Source: an uncultured Desulfovibrionaceae bacterium (GTDB lineage: Bacteria > Desulfobacterota > Desulfovibrionia > Desulfovibrionales > Desulfovibrionaceae). From it: a stretch of 62,869 bases of DNA. Location: positions 49,680 to 112,548 of the forward strand of contig CAZGAH010000004.1 in NCBI GenBank assembly GCA_964523295.1. Direction: 5' to 3'. Positions within the stretch are counted from its first letter, which is position 1. Each line of letters begins with the position of its first letter. The notes under the pieces were generated by a model, which saw only the letters and a program-made list of their open reading frames with translations, was not told where the DNA came from and ran no database searches. Positions 39,108-48,003 of this stretch are shown piece after piece. A program made the position numbers and the translations under genes.

Positions 39108-40667
39108 ATGGCAGCATCCGGCTCGCATTCTTGCCGCACTACCGGCAAGGCCCGCGAACAGGCGCTCCCCGCCCTTTCCGGTCGTACGCCACGACTCCGC
39201 CGGGCCGACCGCGCCTCTTCCCGGCTGCTCCGTCGTGCGCGCCGCAGGCCCTCCGAGCTGCTCCTCTTCCTGCTGGCAACCTGCCTGCTCGTGGCCGTGC
39301 CCGGTCTTTCGACTGCCCTGGCTGATGAATGGAACGAAACGTACAAACCGCCGCGTCCGTTTGTCATGCTCCAATCCATCACCCTGCGCGAAGGACCGGG
39401 CAATGACAGGAAAAAATCCGGACGGGTCGAGCGGGACGCCGTCGTTTCCGTCCATGCCCTCGTCAACGGCTGGTGCCAGCTCACCACCAAGGACGGGCAG
39501 ACCGGCTACATCTTCAAGCGCTATCTCAAACCGCTGACCGGGGCGAGCGCTCCCGGCGGCCCTGCTCCCACGGCCTCGACGCCGGCGCCCCGCCCCGAAC
39601 CAGCCAGCGCCGACGCTCCCGGCTCCCAGGAGACGCAGAGCCCGGAATTTCGTACCGCAGCCGCAGCCGAACTCGCGGCGGTTGCCAGACAAAGCGCCAC
39701 CGCGACGCCTCCCACGCCCGCGACGCCCCCTACGCCGCCCGCTGCCCCGGCGTTGCCACCGTCCGCCTCCGCTCCGGCGGCAACGCCCGCTACGCCTTCG
39801 CTCCCGACGCCGAGCCCGACGCCCTCGCCTCCGCCGGCTCAAGCCCTTGCCACCGCGCAAATCCCCGACCCGCCGCGCCCGGAAGCCACCAAGGCGAGCG
39901 CTCGGGCCGGTATAATCAAGCCGCTCCCCTTGCCAGCCCAGCCCAAGGTTCCGCCGCCCGCTCCGCCGAGCCCGCCGGCGGCTCCGACGCCGGCGCCCCT
40001 TGCCCCGGTCACGGAGTCCTTCGCCGAATATACCGGCCCGGCCCTTTCGCCGGACGAGCCGCCCGTCGTACCCCAGGCCACGCCCCCTGCCCCGCCTGCG
40101 ACAGCGCAGCCCCCGGTCCCGACGGCGCAGCAACCAGAGCCTACGGTCGCAGCAGCGCCGCCGTCACCGCCGCAGAGTCAGGCCACGCGCCCTGATACGA
40201 CCGCCGCGCCCACCGGCCCCGAGCTGGCGGCCCTGACCGAACCGGCGCGCCCGACGCCGCCCGCGATCGAGCGGGACAAAAAGAATGGCGCCGGGCAGTC
40301 CAAGCCGCTCGATACGGCCGGCTGCAAGCGCTACCTCACCCTGCGCTTCGCCAACGGACAAGGCTCGGCCTCGGCCCAGAACACCCTGACCGAGGACGGA
40401 CCGCATTGCTATCGCCTGCTGGCGCTGAAGAAAAACGATCTGGCCATCACGCTCGCCGCCGATGCCGACGCAGCGCGCTTCGACGTATACGCCCCGCTCG
40501 AAGGCCAGCTCACAATGGACAGGCTGTCCTGGATATGGCGCGTAGACCGCTCCGGCGACAAAATCATCGTCGTCCACGCCGCCACGCCGCCCGTGGGATA
40601 TGAACTGAAGGTGAGCGTGACCGGAGAGAATGAGGTCGGACCGAGCCAACCACCTGATCACAAGTGA
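39108..40667 (+). CDS. membrane-anchored/secreted SH3-domain protein with a long Pro/Ala/Thr-rich linker and a small C-terminal domain
   Basis: The ATG at 39108 is the first Met after the lepB stop. The hydrophobic segment is LLLFLLATCLLVAVPGLSTALA. The SH3_3-like part is ITLREGPGNDRKKSGRVERDAVVSVHALVNGWCQLTTKDGQTGYIFKRYL. About 300 aa of PT/PA-rich low complexity follow. The longer track start at 38931 overlaps lepB out of frame. Confidence 0.7.
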   Translation: MAASGSHSCRTTGKAREQALPALSGRTPRLRRADRASSRLLRRARRRPSELLLFLLATCLLVAVPGLSTALADEWNETYKPPRPFVMLQSITLREGPGNDRKKSGRVERDAVVSVHALVNGWCQLTTKDGQTGYIFKRYLKPLTGASAPGGPAPTASTPAPRPEPASADAPGSQETQSPEFRTAAAAELAAVARQSATATPPTPATPPTPPAAPALPPSASAPAATPATPSLPTPSPTPSPPPAQALATAQIPDPPRPEATKASARAGIIKPLPLPAQPKVPPPAPPSPPAAPTPAPLAPVTESFAEYTGPALSPDEPPVVPQATPPAPPATAQPPVPTAQQPEPTVAAAPPSPPQSQATRPDTTAAPTGPELAALTEPARPTPPAIERDKKNGAGQSKPLDTAGCKRYLTLRFANGQGSASAQNTLTEDGPHCYRLLALKKNDLAITLAADADAARFDVYAPLEGQLTMDRLSWIWRVDRSGDKIIVVHAATPPVGYELKVSVTGENEVGPSQPPDHK

Positions 40668-40829
40668 GGACGACGCCCACCGGCGCTACGACTCGCGAGG
40701 AACCAGCCGCTTACAATGCCCTTTTTGAGGGGGGAATGGACGTTGCAAGGCATGGAAGCAGCCTGAATTTTGGTTTTTCATGAATGAATTCACGGTGTTG
40801 ACTCTGCCCGGCCCCAACTCAAACTCACA
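40666..40829 (+). repeat. repeat copy 1: 3'-terminal ~165 bp of the Y1-transposase-like element (see 42515-43090)
   Basis: It aligns without gaps to 42923-43090. Both share GACGCCCACCGGCGCTACG, CGCTTACAATGCCC, AAGGCATGGA, TCATGAATGAATT, GGTGTTGACTC and CCCCAACTCA. It starts at the stop codon of the SH3 gene and ends 11 nt before the MFS gene stop. Confidence 0.8.
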
Positions 40830-40840
40830 GACAGTCCGAA

Positions 40841-42370
40841 TTATCGACGACGACCGATAAACAAGAGTGACATGATCGCTCCAGCCAGGGCGACTCCTCC
40901 GAGGGCCGTCATGCTTATCGTGATGGTTGAAGATTGCGCATAAACCATGGCTTGTTTCACCATGGCGGCGGTGTTGGACGGCAGCGTCTCGAGAAGGGCT
41001 CTGGCTCCGTCGTCGTTCCCGTTCTTGAGCGCTTGCGCGTACTCCAGACCCTGCTGGAGAAACGGTCGGCCAGCCAACTCCGCTTTCATCCTGTCCAGCC
41101 ACAGCGATCCCATGATTGAGGTGACGAGCGCGACGCCGAGCGCGGCCGGCACGTTGAACGTCATCTGAATAAGGCCCGAGCCCATACCAGCCTGCTCAGG
41201 CTTGAGCGCGTTCATCCCGGCCGTATTGCAGGCTGGAAGAGCGACGCCGGCGCCGGCGCCCATCAGCGTCAACGGAAGGATGAGTTCGGCCAAGGTTGTT
41301 TGCGGCGTGAAGCCGCCCATCCAGAACAACGCGACGGCCAGCATGACCAGTGAGATCGCAAGGGGAATGCCAGGCCCGAAACGATCGACGATGCGGCCTG
41401 CGGGCGGTCCAAGCGCCATACAGACGCCGGGCGTGATGGCGATGACCCAACTGGCTTTCACCGGAGAGTAGCCGAGCACGTTGATAAAAAATAGCGAGCC
41501 CACAAAGGTCAGCATCGGGATATAGATGAAGCCGACTGCGCTCTGGACGAAAAAGGCACCGGCGAACAGGCGTTCCCGCCATAGAGAAAAATCGACGAGC
41601 GGGTCGGCGGTACGGGTTTCGACCAGGCCGAACGCAACGAGCAGCGCCGCTCCGGCTGCAAGAGCGCCCCATGTGGCCGGAAGAGTCCAACCGTCGCAGG
41701 CGTTTTGCAACCCGTATGTCGCCAAGGTGGTGCCGCCTCCGCCGAGGATAAGACCGATGACGTCATAGCGGCCAGAAGACAGCTTGCTTCGGTAGTTCCT
41801 TGTAGCCGCCAGCGTGATGAGGATGACCATCGCAGTCAGCGGCATCGCTATCCAGAAGATCCAACGCCAATCAAGCAGGTCGAGCATGTAACCTGCGAAG
41901 AACGGGCCGACCAGGAGTCCTGACCCGTGGGCAGAGCCCCACACGCCGACTGCGAACCCGCGACGGAGCGCGGGGAAGACGTTCACCACGATCGACAGGG
42001 TGGCTGGCGCAGAGACGCCGATGCCGATGCCTTGCACCGTGCGTCCAGAAATCATGACTAGGCCATCCGTAGCCATAGCGGAAAGAACAAGTCCTCCGCC
42101 GAATAGCATAAAGCCGATCACAATCATCCGGACCTCGCCGACGAGGTCGCCGAGGCGACCGCCGGCGATCAGGGCCGTCCCGAAGGCCAGGCTGTATGAG
42201 GTGATCGTCCAGGTCTGTTCCGACAGGGACAAATCGAGATCGTCCCCAATCGTAGGCAGCGCGGGACCGATCACCGTGCTGAACATCTGAGCGATGAACG
42301 CGCCAAAACCCATAGCCGCCAAAATTCCCCAAGCGCTGGCGCTGACCCCGTTTTCAGTTGTCTTGCTCAC
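40841..42370 (-). CDS. MFS transporter, 14-TM drug:H+ antiporter (EmrB/QacA-like)
   Basis: The GTG at 42368-42370 is preceded by AGGAGGAG and gives MSKTTENGVSASAWGILAAMGFGAFIAQM. The protein is multi-TM throughout, with an MFS motif-A-like GRLGDLVGEVR. The longer track ORF adds 33 unlikely residues. Confidence 0.88.
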   Translation of the reverse strand: MSKTTENGVSASAWGILAAMGFGAFIAQMFSTVIGPALPTIGDDLDLSLSEQTWTITSYSLAFGTALIAGGRLGDLVGEVRMIVIGFMLFGGGLVLSAMATDGLVMISGRTVQGIGIGVSAPATLSIVVNVFPALRRGFAVGVWGSAHGSGLLVGPFFAGYMLDLLDWRWIFWIAMPLTAMVILITLAATRNYRSKLSSGRYDVIGLILGGGGTTLATYGLQNACDGWTLPATWGALAAGAALLVAFGLVETRTADPLVDFSLWRERLFAGAFFVQSAVGFIYIPMLTFVGSLFFINVLGYSPVKASWVIAITPGVCMALGPPAGRIVDRFGPGIPLAISLVMLAVALFWMGGFTPQTTLAELILPLTLMGAGAGVALPACNTAGMNALKPEQAGMGSGLIQMTFNVPAALGVALVTSIMGSLWLDRMKAELAGRPFLQQGLEYAQALKNGNDDGARALLETLPSNTAAMVKQAMVYAQSSTITISMTALGGVALAGAIMSLLFIGRRR

Positions 42371-42514
42371 CAGTCTCCTCCTGGATGCGTACGCGTCACA
42401 AAGGGCGCCCCTTCCCCCTTCCCTTTCGTTTGAAGATTGGGGTCGGACCAAGCCAATCCCTTGATCCAAAAGGGAAAATGCCTGAAATATACTTGCGTTT
42501 TCCCCTTTGAACGA

Positions 42515-43090
42515 CTATTTTGCCTTCAAAAATACCTGTTTACGATTTCCACATCGGGAAAGCAACTTCGCTGTGCGCGCAAAACACGGGAATACGCCCG
42601 CAATCTGCTGTTCATCGCCCTGAACATGCTCCGGGCCGAAGTTGTGGAGCATCCCCGGCAATGGCCCTTCACCGGATTTCACGAAATAACAGCACCGCCT
42701 GAGAGGTACCGGCACATCAACCGACACAAGCTGCTCCAGCTTCTGGATGGCACGGACGAAACCGCTCTGGCCCGGGACTAAGCATCGCGGGTCGCTGAGA
42801 CACCCGGTTGCCCTGCGAGGCATGAGCCCGACTGAACGGAAAGTATTGCCGTGGGAACCCGGTCGTTCGTGGAGCGTATTCAGGCGAAATTGGGGTACAA
42901 GGCCGTTAGAAGAAGAATCATCGAGCACGACGCCCACCGGCGCTACGCTTCGGGAGGAACCCGTCGCTTACAATGCCCATTTTGAGGGTGAAATGGGTGT
43001 TGTAAGGCATGGAGGCAGGCGGGGTTGGGATTTATCATGAATGAATTAAGGGTGTTGACTCGATCCGACCCCAACTCACCAACTCACCAC
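42515..43090 (+). pseudogene. repeat copy 2: 5'-truncated, frameshifted remnant of a Y1/IS200-like (COG1943, RAYT-like) transposase-like gene plus its downstream conserved tail
   Basis: One frame reads YARNLLFIALNMLRAEVVEHPRQWPFTGFHEI (compare the family block YIHLNPVRAGLV..P..WPWSS). Two other frames read GTRSFVERIQAKLGYKA and ATLREEPVAYNAHFEGE. The HUH/Tyr catalytic N-terminal half is absent. The family assignment is from memory of such proteins. Confidence 0.55.
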
Positions 43091-43146
43091 TCAAGAAAAG
43101 ACGAACAAGACACGTTAGACAAGCTACATGGAGGGGCTCAAGAGGC

Positions 43147-45261
43147 ATGGCTCAACTGGAACATATAGAGGCTATTGAGAAGAGGCTGTGGACAGCCGCT
43201 GATACACTTCGGGCCAATTCGAATTACGCCAGCAACGAGTATTTCCTGCCCGTCATGGGCCTTATCTTTCTTCGCCACGCCTACAGCCGGTTTCTGGCGG
43301 TGAAAGACGACATCGAAGCGAACCTTCCCATGCGCGGCGGAAAATCCAGGCCGCTGACCAAGGAAGACTTCTCGCAGAAAAGTTCCATCTTCCTCCAGCC
43401 TCAGGCGCAGTTCGACGCCCTGGTTACGCTCACGGATAGCGACGATCGGGCCAAGGCCCTTATCGAGGCCATGGAATCCATCGAATCCGATTACGAGAGC
43501 CTGCGCGGCGTCCTGCCCAAGAACGAATACCAGGAACTGGACAACCAGGTTCTGGGGCAACTGCTGCGAACCCTGAACCCGGATGAGCTGAAGCGGGTGA
43601 AGGGAGATGTCTTTGGCCGCATCTACGAATATTTTCTGACCCAGTTTGCCGATCAGAAGGCGCATGACGGCGGCGAGTTCTTCACGCCCATTTCCCTGGT
43701 CTCCTTGATTGCGAACGTCCTTGAGCCGAGCCATGGCACTGTCCTTGATCCGGCGTGCGGCTCCGGGGGCATGTTCGTGCAAAGCGCCCGCGTGGTTGAG
43801 CGGCAACACCAGAACCCCAACGAGAAGCTGACCTTTCGGGGCCTGGAGAAGAATGCCACCACCATCAGGCTGGCAAAGATGAATCTCGCGGTTCATGGCC
43901 TGGAAGGCGACATCCAGAAGGCCATCACCTATTATGAGGACCCGCACGAGATGCTCGGCAAGGCCGCGTACGTCATGGCCAATCCCCCCTTCAACGTGGA
44001 CGAGATCGACGCGGACAAGGTCAAGACCGATCCGCGGCTTCCATTCGGTCTGCCGGGCGTGAACAAGAAGAGCAAGGTCTCCAACGGCAACTACATCTGG
44101 ATCAGCTATTTCTACAGCTACCTGAACGAGACCGGACGCGCAGGCTTTGTCATGTCCTCCCAGGCCTCGAGTGCGGGTCGGGATGAGGCCAGGGTCCGCC
44201 AGAAGCTTGTGGAGAGCGGCGACGTTGACGCCATGGTCGCCATCCGGTCGAACTTTTTTTACACCCGCACCGTGCCCTGCGAACTGTGGTTTCTGAATCG
44301 CGCCAAGCCCGCGGAGCACAAAGACAAGGTGCTCATGATCGACGCGCGGAGCATCTACCGCAAAGTCACGCGCAAGATTTACGACTTCAGCCCCGAGCAG
44401 GAGCAGAATATCCTCGCGATTGTCTGGCTCTACCGTGGGCAGATGGAGAAGTATCTCGATCTGGTTGCCGGGTATTGCCAGCGGGTGCTTCATGAGGCCG
44501 AAGGCTGCTTCGCCGGCCAGGGGGGAAATGGCGAGGCCGTCGAACCGTTGCCCGAGTTTACGGCGTCCCTGGATACGTTGCTGGCCGCCATGAAGCCCTT
44601 TGTGCAAACCCTTGCTGCGGACGCGGCCCATGCGGAGCCGATCAAGGAGTACGAGACCGCACTGGCCGCTTTCCATGCCGATGTGGACGACTTCAAGGCC
44701 GCCATTGGCGAGCAGGTGGAGACATGTAAAACCCGGGGCACCAGCAATGGAAAGCTGAAGCAGGCGGTCCAGCGCCTTGCCCCGCTTGCCGAAGCAAGCC
44801 GTGATGTGGTCAAGCAGACCGACCTGCTCTACAAACTGGCCTGCCGCCTCGTCGAGACCTGCGAGACCGGGTGCGCGGCCCGCGGCAGCGACTCCTGGGC
44901 CAGCCGGGACATTTCCCGCGCCCGTAAGACAGCGGATCAGGCCCGGCAATTGGCCGTGGAGCAACTCAAGCTGGTTCGCTACTTCCACCGCCACGCCCAC
45001 TGGCTGACCGAGCGCTTCCCCGAGGCGCAACTCCGCGACGTAGAAGGCTTGGTCAAGCTCGTGGACCGTGCCGAGATCAAGGCCAACGATTGGAGTCTGA
45101 CGCCGGGGCGTTACGTCGGCGTCGCCCCGGAAGAGGTGGACGAGGATTTCGACTTTGAAGAAGCCCTCCGGGACATCCATGTGGAACTGCAAGACTTGAA
45201 CGCCGAGGCCGTGCACCTGGCAGCGACCATCAAGAAGAATTTTGAGGAGCTGGGGATATGA
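43147..45261 (+). CDS. hsdM: Type I restriction-modification system, DNA methyltransferase subunit (long C-terminal extension)
   Basis: The N-terminal HsdM block is LWTAADTLRANSNYASNEYFLPVMGLIFLRH. Motif I is VLDPACGSGGMF and motif IV is VMANPPFN. At 704 aa it has a helical C-terminal extension. Confidence 0.95.
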   Translation: MAQLEHIEAIEKRLWTAADTLRANSNYASNEYFLPVMGLIFLRHAYSRFLAVKDDIEANLPMRGGKSRPLTKEDFSQKSSIFLQPQAQFDALVTLTDSDDRAKALIEAMESIESDYESLRGVLPKNEYQELDNQVLGQLLRTLNPDELKRVKGDVFGRIYEYFLTQFADQKAHDGGEFFTPISLVSLIANVLEPSHGTVLDPACGSGGMFVQSARVVERQHQNPNEKLTFRGLEKNATTIRLAKMNLAVHGLEGDIQKAITYYEDPHEMLGKAAYVMANPPFNVDEIDADKVKTDPRLPFGLPGVNKKSKVSNGNYIWISYFYSYLNETGRAGFVMSSQASSAGRDEARVRQKLVESGDVDAMVAIRSNFFYTRTVPCELWFLNRAKPAEHKDKVLMIDARSIYRKVTRKIYDFSPEQEQNILAIVWLYRGQMEKYLDLVAGYCQRVLHEAEGCFAGQGGNGEAVEPLPEFTASLDTLLAAMKPFVQTLAADAAHAEPIKEYETALAAFHADVDDFKAAIGEQVETCKTRGTSNGKLKQAVQRLAPLAEASRDVVKQTDLLYKLACRLVETCETGCAARGSDSWASRDISRARKTADQARQLAVEQLKLVRYFHRHAHWLTERFPEAQLRDVEGLVKLVDRAEIKANDWSLTPGRYVGVAPEEVDEDFDFEEALRDIHVELQDLNAEAVHLAATIKKNFEELGI

Positions 45262-46721
45262 GCATTGCCGAACTGCTCACGGCCGACGAGGGCAAGACCC
45301 TGGAATTCAAGCAGGACCTCTCGTCTCCGCGTAATCTCCTCAAGACGCTGGTGGCCTTTGCCAATACTGCCGGCGGCAGGATCGTCGTCGGCGTGGCGGA
45401 CAGGACGCGGAAACCGGTGGGGATCGACAACCCGCTGGATGAAGAAGAGCGGCTCTGTAACCTGATCGCCGACTCCATCAGCCCTCGCCTGGTGCCCAAT
45501 ATCGAAATGACCACGGTCGCGGGGAAAACCCTGCTGGTCATCGAAGTATTCCTGAGCAGTTCCCGGCCCCATTATCTGCGCTCCGAGGGGCAGGAATCCG
45601 GCGTCTATGTCCGGCTCGGCTCCACCAACCGCCAGGCCGACCGGGAACTGGTCGGCGAACTGCGCCGCTCCGTTGAAGGCGTTGCCTTTGACCAACTGCC
45701 CATGCCGGAGTTGTCCATCGACGATCTGGATATCGAGGCTGCCCAAGCTGCCTTTGGCACCAGCCGCCAGCTGGATGCGCAAGCCTTGCTCACCTTGAAA
45801 TTGCTGACGCCCCATCAAAATAAGCTTGTGCCGACGCGGGGTGGAATGCTCCTCTTTGGCAGGCAGCGTACGCAGCATTTTTCCGATGCCTGGGTTCAAT
45901 GCGGCCGTTTTTTGGGCACCGAAAAAATCGACATTTTTGACCATATCGACATCGACGTCCCGCTGCCACAGGCTGTTGACGAGGTTATGCTGTTTCTGAA
46001 AAAGCATGCGTATCGCGGCGCCGATATCTCCGAGGTGCGCCGCAAGGATGTCTGGAGCATCCCCCTGGGGATTTTGCGCGAGATGATCGTCAACGCCCTG
46101 GTGCACAGCGATTACTCACAGCGTGGCGCACCCATCCGGGTTGTCTTTCTCGATGACCGCATCGAGGTGGAAAGCATGGGCATTCTTCTCCCCGGCCTGA
46201 CCATCGACGAGATGAAACAGGGCTCCTCCCGCATCCGCAATCCGGTTATCGCCCGCGTATTCAAGGAGCTCGGCCTGATAGAGCAATGGGGAACCGGCGT
46301 GCGCCGCATCTTTAGGGAAGCTCGGGAACTGGGCCTGCCGGAGCCTGAGATTGAGGAAATTGCCTTGCGTCTGCGCTTCACCGTGTATCTGGCGCAACCG
46401 CATCGCATCCCGGCGCAGAGGCCCCAGGCAGGGTCGGAAGAACGCGCCGAGGCAGCAACCCAGCAAGTAACCCAGCAAGTAACCCAGCAACTAACCCAGC
46501 AAGTAAGAAGGTTGTTGGCCGTTTGTGTCGGCGAAGTAAGCAGGACGGCGCTCATGAACGCTGTCGGCCTGAAGGATCGGGTCACGTTTTCCAAACACTA
46601 CCTGGAACCGGCGCTCGGGGGAGCGTTCGTCGAAATGACCCAGCCCGATTCCCCCACAAGCCCAACCCAGAAATACCGACTGACCGAAAAAGGCCGGCGT
46701 GTGGTGGAGGACGGGAGATGA
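45258..46721 (+). CDS. AlbA_2 (Schlafen-type divergent-AAA) plus HATPase_c_4-like plus C-terminal wHTH protein, of the kind often annotated RecG-like putative transcriptional regulator
   Basis: The ATGA overlap with the hsdM stop is at 45258-45261. The N-terminus is EGKTLEFKQDLSSPRNLLKTLVAFANTAGGRIVVGV (AlbA_2 signature as I recall it). The mid region is LREMIVNALVHSDYSQRGAPIRVVFLDDRIEVES. The C-terminal region looks wHTH-like. Confidence 0.85.
   Translation: MSIAELLTADEGKTLEFKQDLSSPRNLLKTLVAFANTAGGRIVVGVADRTRKPVGIDNPLDEEERLCNLIADSISPRLVPNIEMTTVAGKTLLVIEVFLSSSRPHYLRSEGQESGVYVRLGSTNRQADRELVGELRRSVEGVAFDQLPMPELSIDDLDIEAAQAAFGTSRQLDAQALLTLKLLTPHQNKLVPTRGGMLLFGRQRTQHFSDAWVQCGRFLGTEKIDIFDHIDIDVPLPQAVDEVMLFLKKHAYRGADISEVRRKDVWSIPLGILREMIVNALVHSDYSQRGAPIRVVFLDDRIEVESMGILLPGLTIDEMKQGSSRIRNPVIARVFKELGLIEQWGTGVRRIFREARELGLPEPEIEEIALRLRFTVYLAQPHRIPAQRPQAGSEERAEAATQQVTQQVTQQLTQQVRRLLAVCVGEVSRTALMNAVGLKDRVTFSKHYLEPALGGAFVEMTQPDSPTSPTQKYRLTEKGRRVVEDGR
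46458..46505 (+). repeat. 12-bp in-frame tandem repeat x4 (ACCCAGCAAGTA, third unit ...CTA) encoding TQQV TQQV TQQL TQQV
   Basis: Read directly. It lies in the linker before the C-terminal wHTH-like domain of the AlbA_2 gene. Confidence 0.9.
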
Positions 46722-46777
46722 AGGATTGTGAAAGCGCCTGTTTCGTTTGCTGCGCAAGGCGGGCGTGCAGCGTTTCC

Positions 46778-46855
46778 GGGTTGGAGGACTTGAAGGGCAA
46801 GGCGGGGCAGCTCGCAGCGCCCATCAAGAAAAATTTTGAGGTGCTGGGAGTATGA
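46778..46855 (+). pseudogene. relic of a second hsdM 3' end (last 25 codons plus stop), directly fused to the hsdS start
   Basis: The codon-for-codon alignment with 45184-45261 is ELQDLNAEAVHLAATIKKNFEELGI* versus GLEDLKGKAGQLAAPIKKNFEVLGV*. By my hand count about 61 of 78 nt are identical. Both ends carry the same ATGA stop/start overlap. Confidence 0.8.
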
Positions 46856-48003
46856 GCGCTGAATCATACACTCTTTTTAAGCTAATAGAGTTGCATGGCG
46901 GTCTAATTCAGACTGGGCCTTTTGGATCCCAGTTGCATCAACACGAATATGTCGAATCAGGCGTCCCTGTTGTCATGCCAAAAGACATCGCTGATGGCCG
47001 CGTCAATGATGCAGGCATAGCAATGGTTTCTGAAAACAAAGCTAACGCATTGGCGCGTCACAAGCTCAAGAAAGGCGACATTGTTTTCCCAAGAAGAGGG
47101 GACATTAGAAAATGTGCCCTCATTGGCGAAGACCAGGATGGGTACTTATGCGGCACTGGCTGTTTGAAAATTACTCTTCCAAAACAGGTTTATTCTCCGC
47201 ATTTTCTGTACTACTATTTAGTTCTTCCAAAAGTTGGAGAATGGCTGGAAAGAAATGCCGTTGGAACGACAATGCTCAATCTCAATACGTCTATTCTTGG
47301 TGGCGTATCCATCCCAGACAAGAGCATTGATGAACAGAATGAAATAGTCTCTATCCTCTCCGCCTACGACGACCTCATCGAGAACAACCGCCGCCGCATC
47401 CAGTTGCTCGAAGCGTCGGCGCGGCTGCTCTACAAGGAATGGTTCGTGCGGCTTCGCTTCCCCGGGCATGAGCATGTCACGGTTGTGGATGGGGTGCCGG
47501 AGGGGTGGGAGAAAAAAACGCTCGGAGAAGTGGCTCCACTCAGCTATGGGAAGGCGTTGAAAAAGGAATTACGAATTCCTGGCCCTTTCCCCGTTTATGG
47601 TTCGAGCGGCTACGTGGGGAGCCACAATAAACCCTTGGTGAAAGGCCCTGGTATCATCCTCGGCAGAAAGGGAAATTTTGGCAGCGTGTTTTGGAGTTCA
47701 AAAGACTTCTTTCCCATAGATACAGTTTACTTTTTACCAAATGAGAAAGCGAATCTGTACCTGTACTATGTCCTCATGCACATGTCATTTATTAGCACCG
47801 ATGTCGCAGTCCCTGGTTTAAACCGTGATTTCGCGCATAGCAGAAAGCTGCTCATCCCAGACGACAAGATCATGATGCTTTTTGATGAACAGGTCATATC
47901 AATTCATAGCCAGATTGACTGTCTCAATGATTACAACACGTCTCTTGCCCAAGCCCGAGACCTCCTTCTCCCCCGGCTTATGAATGGCGAGGTGGCTGTA
48001 TGA
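46852..48003 (+). CDS. hsdS: Type I restriction-modification system, specificity subunit (two TRDs)
   Basis: The central conserved region is ILSAYDDLIENNRRRIQLLEASARLLYKEWFVRLRFPGHE and the distal one is LAQARDLLLPRLMNGEV. Two variable TRDs flank them. Confidence 0.92.
   Translation: MSAESYTLFKLIELHGGLIQTGPFGSQLHQHEYVESGVPVVMPKDIADGRVNDAGIAMVSENKANALARHKLKKGDIVFPRRGDIRKCALIGEDQDGYLCGTGCLKITLPKQVYSPHFLYYYLVLPKVGEWLERNAVGTTMLNLNTSILGGVSIPDKSIDEQNEIVSILSAYDDLIENNRRRIQLLEASARLLYKEWFVRLRFPGHEHVTVVDGVPEGWEKKTLGEVAPLSYGKALKKELRIPGPFPVYGSSGYVGSHNKPLVKGPGIILGRKGNFGSVFWSSKDFFPIDTVYFLPNEKANLYLYYVLMHMSFISTDVAVPGLNRDFAHSRKLLIPDDKIMMLFDEQVISIHSQIDCLNDYNTSLAQARDLLLPRLMNGEVAV

Noticed and set aside
39530-40260. 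Highly repetitive Pro/Ala/Thr-coding tract, considered as a possible tandem-repeat array or CRISPR-like structure
   Set aside because: There are no regularly spaced identical repeats with unique spacers. It is low-complexity coding sequence inside one ORF.
43138-45216. 692-aa minus-strand ORF covering the hsdM region
   Set aside because: It is antisense to an intact hsdM with NPPF and SAM motifs, and has low-complexity Gly/Leu/Arg/Val-rich composition. It is a shadow ORF.
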